Below are positions 49,774 through 60,036 of a stretch of DNA of 64,000 bases, piece by piece. The notes below the pieces were generated by a model that had not been told where the DNA came from, made no database searches, and worked only from the letters and a program-made list of their open reading frames with translations. Numbering within the stretch: position 1 is the stretch's first letter; every line of letters begins with the position of its first letter. Location of the stretch: NCBI GenBank assembly GCA_963702095.1, contig OY969706.1:1440001-1504000 (forward strand), read 5' to 3'. The position numbers and the translations under genes are program-made. The DNA is from Candidatus Bathyarchaeota archaeon (GTDB lineage: Archaea; Thermoproteota; Bathyarchaeia; Bathyarchaeales; Bathycorpusculaceae).

Positions 49774-50133
49774 TTATGGGGGTGGCGGTTGCCTGTGTCT
49801 GCGGCTGCGTCTCAATCCAAGCAGAAGAATCCAGACTCCTATCAAAACCAAGACTAAGGGCCAAAAGTAAAACCAGAACGCGACAAACCCTGCTAAAACC
49901 ACAATGCCAATGATGATTATGAATATGCCTGCAATGAGTAATCCGATGCCGCTGCCATGTCGACGGTGAGGGTAGTATCTGTCATCGGGGTAATTTCGGT
50001 ATTCATGGCGACTGTAGGGTCTGCTCTCTGTTGCCGGTCTAGCAAGCGGTGCTCCACAGTTGGAGCAGTTTGTGGCGTTGTCAGGGTTGAGTGTTCCACA
50101 TCGGCTACAATAAACCAAAGGTGTTTTCTCCAA
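49774..50133 (-). CDS. Zinc-ribbon membrane protein
   Basis: YCSRCG...CSNCG plus two TM segments. Confidence 0.78.
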   Translation of the reverse strand: MEKTPLVYCSRCGTLNPDNATNCSNCGAPLARPATESRPYSRHEYRNYPDDRYYPHRRHGSGIGLLIAGIFIIIIGIVVLAGFVAFWFYFWPLVLVLIGVWILLLGLRRSRRHRQPPPP

Positions 50134-50305
50134 GTATTTTCTTGGAAGCCTCTGCTCATATAACTTGTGGTCACACTTCAGAGAGCCATTGGCTGGGCAC
50201 TAAACCCGTTTGATCCCTCTGCGACTCAGGTAAGTGTTTTTATGATTTTACCCTAAAAATATTAATTACTCAGTCTTTTGTAGATACTATTTGGAGATTC
50301 TAAAT

Positions 50306-50539
50306 TTGCCACAAGCCTTTGTACTCATAAACGTTGAATCAGGCGCAGAAGAAGAAGTGGTGGGTCACCTAAAAAAAATCGGCGGCGTAGAAGAAGCCTA
50401 CTTCTCATACGGCGTCTACGACATAATAGCCAAAGTCAAAGCTGACTCCATGGAAAACCTCAAAGACATGGTTACCCGCAAAATCCGATCTCTTAGCAAA
50501 GTCCGCTCCACTTTAACCCTAATCATGATGGAAGAATAA
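50306..50539 (+). CDS. Stand-alone Lrp/AsnC ligand-binding domain protein
   Basis: AFVLINVE, YGVYDIIAKV, VRSTLTL; no HTH. Confidence 0.9.
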   Translation: MPQAFVLINVESGAEEEVVGHLKKIGGVEEAYFSYGVYDIIAKVKADSMENLKDMVTRKIRSLSKVRSTLTLIMMEE

Positions 50540-50605
50540 GCTTCCCGCTTTCCACTCTATTTTTTAAGCGTCAGTTTTATTAGCACAGAGTCCCAAAACA
50601 CAATT

Positions 50606-51262
50606 ATGCCAAACAAAATAGCTCCAATAGCCCTTGTTCTAATTCTCTTAGTCGGGTTTGCTTGTTTAGCGTCGGCGGATTTAGCTGTCGGCGTCAAAAA
50701 AGGCGACTGGATAGAATACAACGTAACCTACACGGGGTCGCCGACACAGGGCCATGACGTTACTTGGGCACGGATGGAAATCCTCGACGTAGAAGGCACG
50801 GACATCTCCATATCGATCACCTCTATGTTCCAAGACAATTCCACCGCCATCACTAACTCAACTTTGAACCTGCAGACTGGACACTTAATCGACGACTTCA
50901 TCATTCCAGCCAACCTAGATGTGGGCAGCACTTTTTTGGATGAAAACTATGGTAACATGACTATCAGCAGCAAACAAACCGCTGATTATGCTGGGGCACC
51001 CCGTACAGTGGTGTCTGCTTCAGCTGCCAACAACACTTACGTTTGGGATCAAGCTACAGGCGTCAGCGTGGAAGGCACCTCCCAAACCGAAGAGTACAAC
51101 ATACACACCACTGCTTCAGCCACCAACATGTGGGAGGCGGCACCGCAGGGTTTGCCTTGGACATCGCTGCTTTTGGCGGCGGCAGCTATCCTCATCGCAG
51201 TTATTGCAGTCATCGCGTTGGCTATGCGTTACCGGCGGAAAACATCCTTTGCGAAACGTTAG
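50606..51262 (+). CDS. Secreted, membrane-anchored hypothetical protein
   Basis: Signal peptide, VGVKKGDWIEY, WDQATGV, C-terminal TM plus basic tail. Confidence 0.78.
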   Translation: MPNKIAPIALVLILLVGFACLASADLAVGVKKGDWIEYNVTYTGSPTQGHDVTWARMEILDVEGTDISISITSMFQDNSTAITNSTLNLQTGHLIDDFIIPANLDVGSTFLDENYGNMTISSKQTADYAGAPRTVVSASAANNTYVWDQATGVSVEGTSQTEEYNIHTTASATNMWEAAPQGLPWTSLLLAAAAILIAVIAVIALAMRYRRKTSFAKR

Positions 51263-51334
51263 AGCTCGTTTAGCGGTTTTAGGTTAGGCTTAAATGGTTA
51301 GGCGCTCAAGATTAATCAAGGCTTGAAGAGCGCC

Positions 51335-52384
51335 ATGGAGCCAACGAAGAAACCGTTTCGACCCAACATAATCCTTGTTGTTTTAATCGCGGGTTTAGTG
51401 GCTTTCATCGTATACTTCGCGTTGTTTGTGGACCCCGCACAAGTCGTGGCAACCCTAACCCAAACAAACCTCGCCATCTACTCCATAGCCTTCGTTGCCT
51501 ACATGCTGTATACGATTTTTTCTTCGATGGTGTGGCATGGGCTTCTGGGTAATTTGCTCGTAAAAATTACTTGGCGCAAAACGTTCCTCTTCACGTGGGT
51601 CGGCTTATTCTTCGACGCCACAGTGCCCCAGCTCGGTTGGTCAGCGGAAGTCTCCAAAACATACTTGCTCTCAAAAGATTCCAACGTCGAATCCGGTCGT
51701 GTTGGGGCTTCAGTGGTTGGACAAAAAATCTTCACCATGACAATGACAATCGTGGCTTTGAGCGCAGGTTTGACTTTGCTGCTGGTTAAGTATTCTTTTC
51801 CATTGCTGGAGTCGCTGTTCATTCTTTTGATTTTGGCGCTTTCGATTTTGACTTTAGCCGTTGTTTACTACGCCAGTTTTAGACCCACTGCAACACACAA
51901 ACTGCTTAACTGGGCAATCAAAACGGGCGTATTCTTCAAGAAAAACTGGAATCCAGAGGGTTTTCGAGTTAAAGCAGAAGGTTTGCTGGGTGATTTCCAT
52001 GCGGGCATCGGCCAGCTTAAGGCTAAACCAAAGGCGTTGGTTGCGCCATTTGTCTTTGCGGTTCTAAGTTTCGGCTTTGAGGTTTCGGTTATGTTCATAG
52101 CATTCGCCGCGTTGGGGCAGCCAGTGCCGGTGGATGTTGTTCTCATCGTGTTTACGTTAACAGGGACTTTGCAGACGGTTGGGGTGGCGTTTTTCGGCTT
52201 TCCCGAGTTAGTCATGACTGTGATGTTTAAGGCTTTAGGCATCAGTCTCCCTGTTGCGGTTTCGGTTGCATTGTTGACTAGGATTGTTAATTTGTGGTTC
52301 CGTCTTGCGGTGTCTTATGGTGCTTTGCAGTGGGCAGGCATTAAAATCATGCGGCAAGCCCCAAGCGCTCGATCCGAAAACTAA
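51335..52384 (+). CDS. LPG-synthase TM / flippase-like membrane protein (UPF0104)
   Basis: Multi-TM, GLFFDATVP...EVSKTYLL, ALLTRIVNLW. Confidence 0.75.
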   Translation: MEPTKKPFRPNIILVVLIAGLVAFIVYFALFVDPAQVVATLTQTNLAIYSIAFVAYMLYTIFSSMVWHGLLGNLLVKITWRKTFLFTWVGLFFDATVPQLGWSAEVSKTYLLSKDSNVESGRVGASVVGQKIFTMTMTIVALSAGLTLLLVKYSFPLLESLFILLILALSILTLAVVYYASFRPTATHKLLNWAIKTGVFFKKNWNPEGFRVKAEGLLGDFHAGIGQLKAKPKALVAPFVFAVLSFGFEVSVMFIAFAALGQPVPVDVVLIVFTLTGTLQTVGVAFFGFPELVMTVMFKALGISLPVAVSVALLTRIVNLWFRLAVSYGALQWAGIKIMRQAPSARSEN

Positions 52385-52501
52385 CTAGGTGGATATCGGA
52401 CCTTGTCAGCTGTTTAGCGGTGACCCGTAAATGGAAAGGACATTTGTTTCATGGAAAGATTTTAATGCCAACCTAACCTAACTTATATTTTGAGGATTGA
52501 T

Positions 52502-52741
52502 ATGCCCACAGCGTTTGTACTGATTAACACCGAGATAGGCTCCGAGTCAGATGTTTTAAAAGAACTCAAAAAAGTAGAAGGCGTCGAGGAAGCCTCAGCG
52601 GTTTACGGAGTCTACGACATCGTAGCAAGAGTCAAAGCAGACACTATGGATAGACTCAAAGAAATCGTAACTTGGCGTATCAGGCGGCTCGACAAAGTTC
52701 GCTCGACACTCACCATGATCGTCGTAGAGGAAAAACAATAA
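52502..52741 (+). CDS. Stand-alone Lrp/AsnC ligand-binding domain protein
   Basis: MPTAFVLINTE, YGVYDIVARV, VRSTLTM. Confidence 0.9.
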   Translation: MPTAFVLINTEIGSESDVLKELKKVEGVEEASAVYGVYDIVARVKADTMDRLKEIVTWRIRRLDKVRSTLTMIVVEEKQ

Positions 52742-52833
52742 TTTTTCCCCTTCTTTTCCAACAAGTTGTCTTTCTCTGAAGTTACATACATATCTTTAAA
52801 CTGTTGAACCCTACAAAAGCGTATTTGATTAAG

Positions 52834-52971
52834 ATGAAATCAGAGTATAAATGTCCATGGTGCGGCAGCGAGTTCAAAAACAGCCAAGAATTGTTCAATC
52901 ATGCTAAAGACCACTATGCAAAATGCATAACGATCGAAGCAGCAGACAAAATAGCGGTTGTGACTGTCTAG
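52834..52971 (+). CDS. 45 aa classical C2H2 zinc-finger microprotein
   Basis: YKCPWCGSEFKNSQELFNHAKDH matches Y-x-C-x2-C-x3-F-x5-L-x2-H-x3-H. Confidence 0.78.
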   Translation: MKSEYKCPWCGSEFKNSQELFNHAKDHYAKCITIEAADKIAVVTV

Positions 52972-53227
52972 GCACAATCACATAATTTTAAATTTTTTTG
53001 GACTGATTTAACCTCCTGTGCGTCTGAACTGGTGAAAAAATGAAAGCTCCGCATATCCAAGAAAAGCAATGGAATGGCACAGTAGTGGCCAGAAGATGCA
53101 CTGAATTTTTTCATCGGTTGGCAAAAGAGGTTTGGATACACAATACCCCCTTTTGTGTTTCCCTTGAACAAAGAGCACCCAGACCTCTGAAACCAACCAC
53201 CCCCACTAAAATGGAGAAAAAAGTGTT

Positions 53228-53515
53228 ATGCCAACAGCTTATGTCCTCTTAAATACAGAAATAGGAGCCGAAAAACAGGTTCTTAAAGCGCTCAGAAGAA
53301 TCGAGGGTGTTGAGGAAGCCCACAACTTATGGGGCGTCTACGATATCATCGCTAACGTTAAAGCGGAAAGCATGGAAGAACTCAAACACATCATAACCAG
53401 AAGAATCGAAGGCATCGGCCAAATCAACTCTAAATTAACGATGATTATCACTGAGCAGCCTCCCTTGGAATTGCAGCAACAGGTTTACTTTGAACCCGCT
53501 CCACTAATTCACTAA
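53228..53515 (+). CDS. Stand-alone Lrp/AsnC ligand-binding domain protein
   Basis: MPTAYVLLNTE, WGVYDIIANV. Confidence 0.88.
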   Translation: MPTAYVLLNTEIGAEKQVLKALRRIEGVEEAHNLWGVYDIIANVKAESMEELKHIITRRIEGIGQINSKLTMIITEQPPLELQQQVYFEPAPLIH

Positions 53516-53591
53516 GTAGCCCAACTTTTTTTGGGCTAACAATATTTTTTACCTTCATCTTTTTCTTTATCCCTCACTGGAGCCGCTAACC

Positions 53592-54935
53592 TTGCCAGCA
53601 CAGCACACCCTACATATCGGTTTAGACGATACTGACTCAACCAAAGGAGGCTGCACCACCTACCTCACAGCGGTCCTCATCGAAAAACTCAGCCAATTCA
53701 ACGTAGAATACCTTGACTACCCCCTGCTGGTACGGCTCAACCCGAACGTGCCCTGGAAAACCCGTGGCAACGGCGCGCTGTGCCTCCGAATCAGCTATGA
53801 TGCAAAATTTCAAGAAGAAATCAAAGATACCGCAACCACCCTTTGGGAAGAGCACTCTGCTATCGACCAAAAGGGCACAGACCCGGGTTTAGTCTTTTTC
53901 GAAGGCTCAAACATCCCACCTGAACTAACTGTTTTCTCCAAAAAAACCGAAACCACAGTCGTAACCCTCAAAGAAGCAATGGCACTCATCAAAAAGTTCG
54001 GTGCAGAAGCAGAGGGCTACAACAGTTGCCGCGGCGTCATCGGTGCCTTAGCCGCTGTCGGCGAAACACTGGACTGCGACTACACCTACGAACTCATCGC
54101 TTACCGAACCCCAGAGAATTTGGGCACTAAGCGGCGGGTGGATGCAGCATCGATTTTTGAGATGGATAGGCAAACCCAGCCCTACACGTTCAACAACGTG
54201 GATGTGGAGAAGGGCAGAGTAATCATTACGCCCCGTGGCCCCGACCCCATCCTGTTTGGCATAAGGGGGGAAACGCCGGAGACCGTCAAGAAAGCTTTCA
54301 GCATAGTGAAGCCGCTGGAGCCTGTGGAGCGCTGGGTGATTTTCCGTAGCAACCAAGGCACAGACGCTCACCTCAGAAGCATCGAAAACTTGGGTAAAGC
54401 GGAGCCATATCAATCAGTCGTCGCCAAAGGAACCGTGTCCCAGAATCCCCGCATAGTTCCGTTGCGGCATGTTATCTTCTCCATAAAAGATGCATACGGG
54501 GAAATTGACTGCGCCGCTTACGAGCCCACTGGAGAGTTGCGTAAAATCGCGCAGGAGCTGGCTGTCGGCGACAAGGTGGAGGTCTGCGGGGCGGTACATA
54601 AAGCCACGGCAAAGCGTCCATTGACGATTAACTTGGAAAAAATCCGCGTCTTAAGCCTTGTCCAGAAAACCCAGAGCGAAAACCCGCTGTGTCCCAACTG
54701 TGGCAAACGCTTGAAATCCATGGGCAAAAATCAGGGGTATCGCTGTGAACGGTGCGGCGGCAAATACGCTGAGCTAAAAAAGAAGGAATCTTTTGTGCCT
54801 CGGTTGTTGGAGGCTGGGTTGTATGTGACTTCGACGCGGTCTCAGAGGCATCTTACTAAGCCGCTTAGGCGTTATGGGCAAGAAAAAGCTGACGCGTCAG
54901 GCAATCATTTTATCGGTGAGTGGCATTCGCCTTAG
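53592..54935 (+). CDS. tiaS: tRNA(Ile2) agmatinylcytidine synthetase
   Basis: IGLDDTDS, GGCTTY, NPNVPWKTRGNG, NQGTD, OB fold and CPNCG zinc ribbon. Confidence 0.95.
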   Translation: MPAQHTLHIGLDDTDSTKGGCTTYLTAVLIEKLSQFNVEYLDYPLLVRLNPNVPWKTRGNGALCLRISYDAKFQEEIKDTATTLWEEHSAIDQKGTDPGLVFFEGSNIPPELTVFSKKTETTVVTLKEAMALIKKFGAEAEGYNSCRGVIGALAAVGETLDCDYTYELIAYRTPENLGTKRRVDAASIFEMDRQTQPYTFNNVDVEKGRVIITPRGPDPILFGIRGETPETVKKAFSIVKPLEPVERWVIFRSNQGTDAHLRSIENLGKAEPYQSVVAKGTVSQNPRIVPLRHVIFSIKDAYGEIDCAAYEPTGELRKIAQELAVGDKVEVCGAVHKATAKRPLTINLEKIRVLSLVQKTQSENPLCPNCGKRLKSMGKNQGYRCERCGGKYAELKKKESFVPRLLEAGLYVTSTRSQRHLTKPLRRYGQEKADASGNHFIGEWHSP

Positions 54936-55051
54936 AGCAGGATTTGTTCTATCCCGGTGGATCATGTAAAGTATGATATGTTCGTTTTTGATAATATATC
55001 GAATTTGAAATAAATGATTATATTAAGACTCCCTATTGTTCGTGTATTGAA

Positions 55052-55474
55052 GTGCAACATATGAGCAGTACAACATCACTACAACTAATCTGCCCCGTAG
55101 TAATAGACAGCAATCTTGAAGTGGCACTTATCGACTTGAACAAAAGCGTTGCCACAGTGAAAGGTACCTTTAACATTGTGCTCTTGGATGCGGTGGACTC
55201 TGCCTTCTCTACTATAAGGGGCTTCAATAGTGAAGTGCTCTATTCTCACCTAAAAAGCAAGTTTGGCATCAACAGAGAGGCGATTCCCGATGACGTTGTA
55301 GGTTTCGCCGCTGCCTTGGAAGAGACTTTTGGAGTGGGCGCGTTACTAATAGAGATAGAGATAATGAAGTCTCTCCACTGCAAATTATCACACATCAGGT
55401 TTTCGCCCAAACAAAATGAACTATGTTTTTCAAGTTATTTAGAGCACGGCTGCAGCCACATGAATACTATGTGA
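55052..55474 (+). CDS. Hypothetical protein (start uncertain)
   Basis: LLDAVDSAFS...HLKSKFGINRE...LEETFGVGALLIE reads as an archaeal helical domain. Confidence 0.55.
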   Translation: MQHMSSTTSLQLICPVVIDSNLEVALIDLNKSVATVKGTFNIVLLDAVDSAFSTIRGFNSEVLYSHLKSKFGINREAIPDDVVGFAAALEETFGVGALLIEIEIMKSLHCKLSHIRFSPKQNELCFSSYLEHGCSHMNTM

Positions 55475-55571
55475 CTTCCTATTTTTCGTTTATTTTTTAT
55501 GCTCAGCTTTAAATCCGACAAACCCATAAACCCACTACTGCAAATCACTTCAGCGGTAAAGATGACCCTTC

Positions 55572-58379
55572 ATGGTTGAAAAAACGTTCCCAGCAGAAGC
55601 TTACCAACTTCCATTCTTCAAAGAAGAAGGCTTTGTCAGAAAACATTGCCTCAAATGCGGCGAATGGTTTTGGACACAAAACCAGAGCCAAGAAACCTGC
55701 GGTGAATCCGGCAGCGACGAATGCGGCTGCTACACGTTTTTAGGTAACCCCGCAACAAAACGCAAGTACACCCTGCCAGAAATGCGTGAAGCCTTCCTCT
55801 CCTTCTTTGAGCAGAACGGTCACACACGGATTAAGCCTTACCCCGTGGTTGCAAGGTGGAGAAAAGACATCTACCTCACCCACGCCTCAATCATCGACTT
55901 CCAACCCTACGTAACAGAGGGCATTGCGCCTCCCCCGGCTAATCCCTTAGTGATTTCTCAGCCATCCATCAGGTTAACCGACATATCCAACACCGGCCCC
56001 ACCTTTGGACGCCACTTAACCATCTTCGAAATGGGCGGTGCCCACGCCTTCAATTATCCAGACAAAGAAATCTACTGGAAAGACGAAACTGTGCGCTTGC
56101 ACCAACGCTTCTGCACAGAAGCCTTAGGCATACCCTCTGAGGAAGTCATTTACAAGGAGGGGGTTTGGGTTGGCGGGGGAAACGCTGGTCCTGACGTAGA
56201 ATGCATCGTCCGCGGCCTCGAAGTGGGAACGTTGGTGTTTATGCAGTACAAAGTTGTCGGCGACGACTTTGTGCAGTTGCCAATCCGCACTGTTGACACT
56301 GGTTATGGCATCGACCGGTTCGCATGGATTAGCCAGGGTGTTCCAAGCTTGTTCCAAGCGATTTACGGCAGCCTCCTCGACAAAGTCTTCTCTATGGCGG
56401 GCATAACCAACATAGATAACGACTTTTTGATGCGGGTTGCTAAATACTCTGGGTTAGTAAGTGTGGATAAACGGGCAAACCGCATGGTTGCACGGAAACG
56501 GGTTTCTGAACTCACCGGCATCGACCTATCGACGCTGGAGAAAACCCTTGTGCCCATCGAGAACGCTTGGGCAGTCACCGACCACACTAAAACACTGAGC
56601 TTCATGCTAAGCGAAGGCGTAGTGCCCTCCAACATCCAGGAAGGTTACCTCGCAAGGCTGCTGTTCCGCAGAGTCTACCGCCTAATGCGTACCCTCAACA
56701 TGGACCCTGCTCAACTCTATGATATAGTGGAGATGCAGGCGGATTTCTGGGCTAAAGATTTCCCCCATATAAAGGAAATGCAGGGAGAAATCATCGAAAT
56801 GCTCAAAGTGGAAGAAGAAAAATTCAAAGACACCCTGCAACGCGGCGAAGGCATGGTTAAACGCATCGCAGCCGACCTCAAATCCAAAGGTGAGAACAAA
56901 CTCTCAGAAGGCAAACTTGCTGAACTCTACGACTCACAGGGGCTCCCCCCAGAAATCGTTAAGCAAGCTGCTGAAAAAGAAGGCGTCGACGTCGATGTCC
57001 CCGAGAACTTTTACGCATTAATTGCCAACCGCCACATGCAAGCACCCAAACCAGTGGAAGAAGAAGAAACCAAAGCTGAAGAAGACCTCGAAAAAGCTGC
57101 TGAGCAACTTAGGGGAACAGAGCCCCTCTACTATGCAGACGGCTACATGAAAGACTTCGAAGCTGTGGTGCTAAAAGTCATCGGCGGCGTCTATGTTGTG
57201 TTGGACCGCACTTGCTTCTACCCTGAAGGCGGCGGACAACCCAGCGACTTAGGCACCTTAACATATGGCAACTTGATGTTTGAAATTGTGGATGTACACA
57301 AAATCGGCAAAGTAATCGTGCACAAACTCAAAACGGAAGCAACCTTTGGCGAAGGCAGCACCGTCAGTGGACACCTGAACTGGGAACGCCGCTACCAACT
57401 CATGAAATCCCACACCGTAACCCACCTCATAAACGGCGCAGCACGCCGCGTCCTAGGCGAACATGTGTGGCAATCAGGTACTCAAAAGGGGCTGGAAAGC
57501 TCACGCCTCGACATAAGCCACTACCGCAGACTCAGCCAAGAAGAAACCCACAAAATCGAAACGCTCGCAAACCAAGCCATCGCATCCAACATGAAAGTCG
57601 AAACCACCTGGCTACCCCGCAACGAAGCCGAAGCACGCTATGGATTCCGCCTCTATCAGGGCGGCGCTGTACCCGGCAAAGACATCCGCGTCGTCAAAAC
57701 AGGCGACTGGGACGTGGAAGCCTGTGCAGGTACCCATTTGGGCAGCACTGGCGAAGTGGGCTTCGTCAAAATCGTCTATACCGAACGTGTGCAAGACGGC
57801 GTTGAACGCCTGGGCTATGCGGTTGGGTTAAAAGCGCTCCAGGCAGTGCAGCAACAGGAAAGTTTGCTCAGCAAAGTCTCAGAAGTGCTCAATGCGCCGG
57901 TGGAGAAGCTGGATAAAACCGCTGAGAAAGTCGTCAAGGAACTCAAAGAGGCGCTGCTGGAGAAGCGCCGCTTAATCAAGGAACTTGCAGAAAAGGAAAG
58001 TTCAGTCGCGCAGTCGCAGGCAGCCCAAGCCGCGGTTGAAGCAGAAGGCATCTCCATTGTCAAGCGGGATTTCGGCGACGTCATAGACGGCAACCGCATG
58101 GTTCAAACAGCCCAAGAAGTTATAAAACACAATGAAGCCGTCGTGACACTTTACTTTGGATGTGACGGTAAAACCTGTAGAGTCCTAATTATGGCGGGCA
58201 CAGAAGCAGTCAAAAAAGGCGTCAACGCAGGCTTAGTGGTAAAAGAGGTTGCGCCAATCATGGGTGGCGGAGGCGGCGGCAGACCCAACTTTGCGCAGGG
58301 CGGCGGCACCAAATGTGACAAGCTATCTGAAACCGTGGATGCTGCGGAAAAAGCCATTCTAGCGCAGCTCAAGCATTAA
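55572..58379 (+). CDS. alaS: Alanine--tRNA ligase (archaeal type)
   Basis: VVARWR, ASIIDFQP, VDTGYGIDR, FYPEGGGQ, HTVTH, ACAGTH, GGGGGRPNFAQGGG. Confidence 0.97.
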   Translation: MVEKTFPAEAYQLPFFKEEGFVRKHCLKCGEWFWTQNQSQETCGESGSDECGCYTFLGNPATKRKYTLPEMREAFLSFFEQNGHTRIKPYPVVARWRKDIYLTHASIIDFQPYVTEGIAPPPANPLVISQPSIRLTDISNTGPTFGRHLTIFEMGGAHAFNYPDKEIYWKDETVRLHQRFCTEALGIPSEEVIYKEGVWVGGGNAGPDVECIVRGLEVGTLVFMQYKVVGDDFVQLPIRTVDTGYGIDRFAWISQGVPSLFQAIYGSLLDKVFSMAGITNIDNDFLMRVAKYSGLVSVDKRANRMVARKRVSELTGIDLSTLEKTLVPIENAWAVTDHTKTLSFMLSEGVVPSNIQEGYLARLLFRRVYRLMRTLNMDPAQLYDIVEMQADFWAKDFPHIKEMQGEIIEMLKVEEEKFKDTLQRGEGMVKRIAADLKSKGENKLSEGKLAELYDSQGLPPEIVKQAAEKEGVDVDVPENFYALIANRHMQAPKPVEEEETKAEEDLEKAAEQLRGTEPLYYADGYMKDFEAVVLKVIGGVYVVLDRTCFYPEGGGQPSDLGTLTYGNLMFEIVDVHKIGKVIVHKLKTEATFGEGSTVSGHLNWERRYQLMKSHTVTHLINGAARRVLGEHVWQSGTQKGLESSRLDISHYRRLSQEETHKIETLANQAIASNMKVETTWLPRNEAEARYGFRLYQGGAVPGKDIRVVKTGDWDVEACAGTHLGSTGEVGFVKIVYTERVQDGVERLGYAVGLKALQAVQQQESLLSKVSEVLNAPVEKLDKTAEKVVKELKEALLEKRRLIKELAEKESSVAQSQAAQAAVEAEGISIVKRDFGDVIDGNRMVQTAQEVIKHNEAVVTLYFGCDGKTCRVLIMAGTEAVKKGVNAGLVVKEVAPIMGGGGGGRPNFAQGGGTKCDKLSETVDAAEKAILAQLKH

Positions 58380-58457
58380 CCCCAGTTCACCCTTTTCTTG
58401 GGGGGCTATCGATTTTTTTATTAGTCACCCATAACATATCAGGGGCAGGTGTAGGGT

Positions 58458-58793
58458 TTGGATGCGTTCACAAAAGTGGTGTTGGGGTCGATTCTGATTT
58501 TTCTAGCCGCTTTTGCATTCATAGGCTATGTTACCCTCGACGCTATTCAGGGATCGAAAATTCCTGATGAACAATACGGCGTCGTCGCCTCAAAAGCGCC
58601 AGTTACAGATGGGTACCCAGCGCAGTACGTGGTGAATTCAGTCGATGGCAAAGCCTTCTACATCCAAAGCAACACTACACTCTACGACAGTATCCGAGAA
58701 AACGTTTCCTACGTCTTTATTTGCCGCATAGACGTACCTAACAATAAATTGCTCCTTGATAGAGTGAACCAAGTCAACAGGACAGCTTCATAG
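58458..58793 (+). CDS. Membrane-anchored hypothetical protein
   Basis: N-terminal TM followed by a beta-rich domain. Confidence 0.6.
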   Translation: MDAFTKVVLGSILIFLAAFAFIGYVTLDAIQGSKIPDEQYGVVASKAPVTDGYPAQYVVNSVDGKAFYIQSNTTLYDSIRENVSYVFICRIDVPNNKLLLDRVNQVNRTAS

Positions 58794-58854
58794 AAGAGCC
58801 TTGATAGAACATATGTCTTAGCTGTTGACTAAGTTTATTGAGGTACAGATTTCT

Positions 58855-59035
58855 CTCTTTATGTGGGTGTGGCAGTTTGCGGGGTGCCACAAGACGGCAG
58901 TTGGGGGCGATTGCTTTTTGTGGTTGCAACGTTTTTCTGCGCCTGTTATGGTGTGGCATATGGATTTTTCTCCACACGCGGTACATGGGTCTATGTTGAA
59001 ACCGACTGATGTGTATGTGAAACCATGTATAGTTT
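58855..59035 (-). repeat. Dispersed intergenic repeat, copy R4 (core 58855-59021)
   Basis: Last 66 nt match R1 at 65 positions. Confidence 0.92.
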
Positions 59036-59132
59036 GCTTATTTTTTGCAGACCTTTTCAATTCCCTTTTTATTTCAGTGGCATGCATTTAAGTATCTTAA
59101 GGTAATCCAAATTTATTCAGCAGTGAACTCTT

Positions 59133-60035
59133 ATGCCCTACGATAAGGAAGAACTTGAAAAATTCCGTTTGTCCGGCCGCATCCTGCGGGAGGCACGCGA
59201 GGAAATGCGTGGCTACGTCAAGGAGAACATGCCCTGTATCGAGGTCTGTGAGAAAGCGGAGGGCTTAATCCGCCAGAAAGGCGGCAAACCAGCCTTTCCG
59301 GTCAACGTAAGCATAAACGAAGTTGCTGCCCACTACACTTCGCCGCCCGGCGACACATCAACGATTCCTGAGGGGTCAACCGTTAAAGTGGACCTTGGCG
59401 TGCAAGTGGACGGGTATGTAACTGACACTGCGTTTACGGCGGCGTTTAGCCTTGAGGGCAGGGCTATGAAAGCCACAGCGGAACTTGCGCTCCAAACAGT
59501 AATCGACAACATCCATGGGGGCATGGCACTTGAAAACATTGGCGAATTGGCTGAAAAAACCATCAAAAACCGAGGGTTCAAACCCATCAGCAACCTCACC
59601 GGGCACAGCGTAGGCAGGTACCTCATCCACGCAGGCACATCTATCCCTAGTGTTTCAGGATTCAACCCCCATAAAGTCAAAACAGGAGAAGTCTATGCCA
59701 TAGAGCCCTTCGTAACGTTGCCTGACGCGATTGCACGGGTGGACGATTACCCGCAGACCACTATCTACCGATTCCTTAAAGCAAAATCATTAAAAACGGA
59801 TTCGGCGAAGAAACTTTCCAGATATATTGAAGCTAACTTCCGAACGTTGCCGTTTGCGGAACGCTGGCTCATCGGCGTATTGCCACAGGAAAAGCATAAA
59901 GTTGCGTTCAAAGAACTCCAAGCCTCAAAGACAGTGATGAAGTACCCTGTGTTTATTGAGGCAAGCAAAAAACTGGTAGCTCAAGCAGAGCACACGTTGT
60001 TAATAAAAGAGGATGGGTGTGAAGTTTTAACCTAG
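59133..60035 (+). CDS. map: Methionine aminopeptidase type II
   Basis: AFPVN, AAHY, VKVDLG, DTAFT, NLTGH, AIEPF, QAEHT. Confidence 0.95.
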   Translation: MPYDKEELEKFRLSGRILREAREEMRGYVKENMPCIEVCEKAEGLIRQKGGKPAFPVNVSINEVAAHYTSPPGDTSTIPEGSTVKVDLGVQVDGYVTDTAFTAAFSLEGRAMKATAELALQTVIDNIHGGMALENIGELAEKTIKNRGFKPISNLTGHSVGRYLIHAGTSIPSVSGFNPHKVKTGEVYAIEPFVTLPDAIARVDDYPQTTIYRFLKAKSLKTDSAKKLSRYIEANFRTLPFAERWLIGVLPQEKHKVAFKELQASKTVMKYPVFIEASKKLVAQAEHTLLIKEDGCEVLT

Positions 60036-60036
60036 C

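Noticed and set aside
13610-59035. Dispersed repeat read as a family of small Cys/His proteins (e.g. ...LWHPANCHTHIKRE ORFs at 15822-16271 and 58818-59087)
   Set aside because: R3 has an in-frame TAA, R1 has frameshifting indels, starts are not shared, and substitutions show no evident third-position preference
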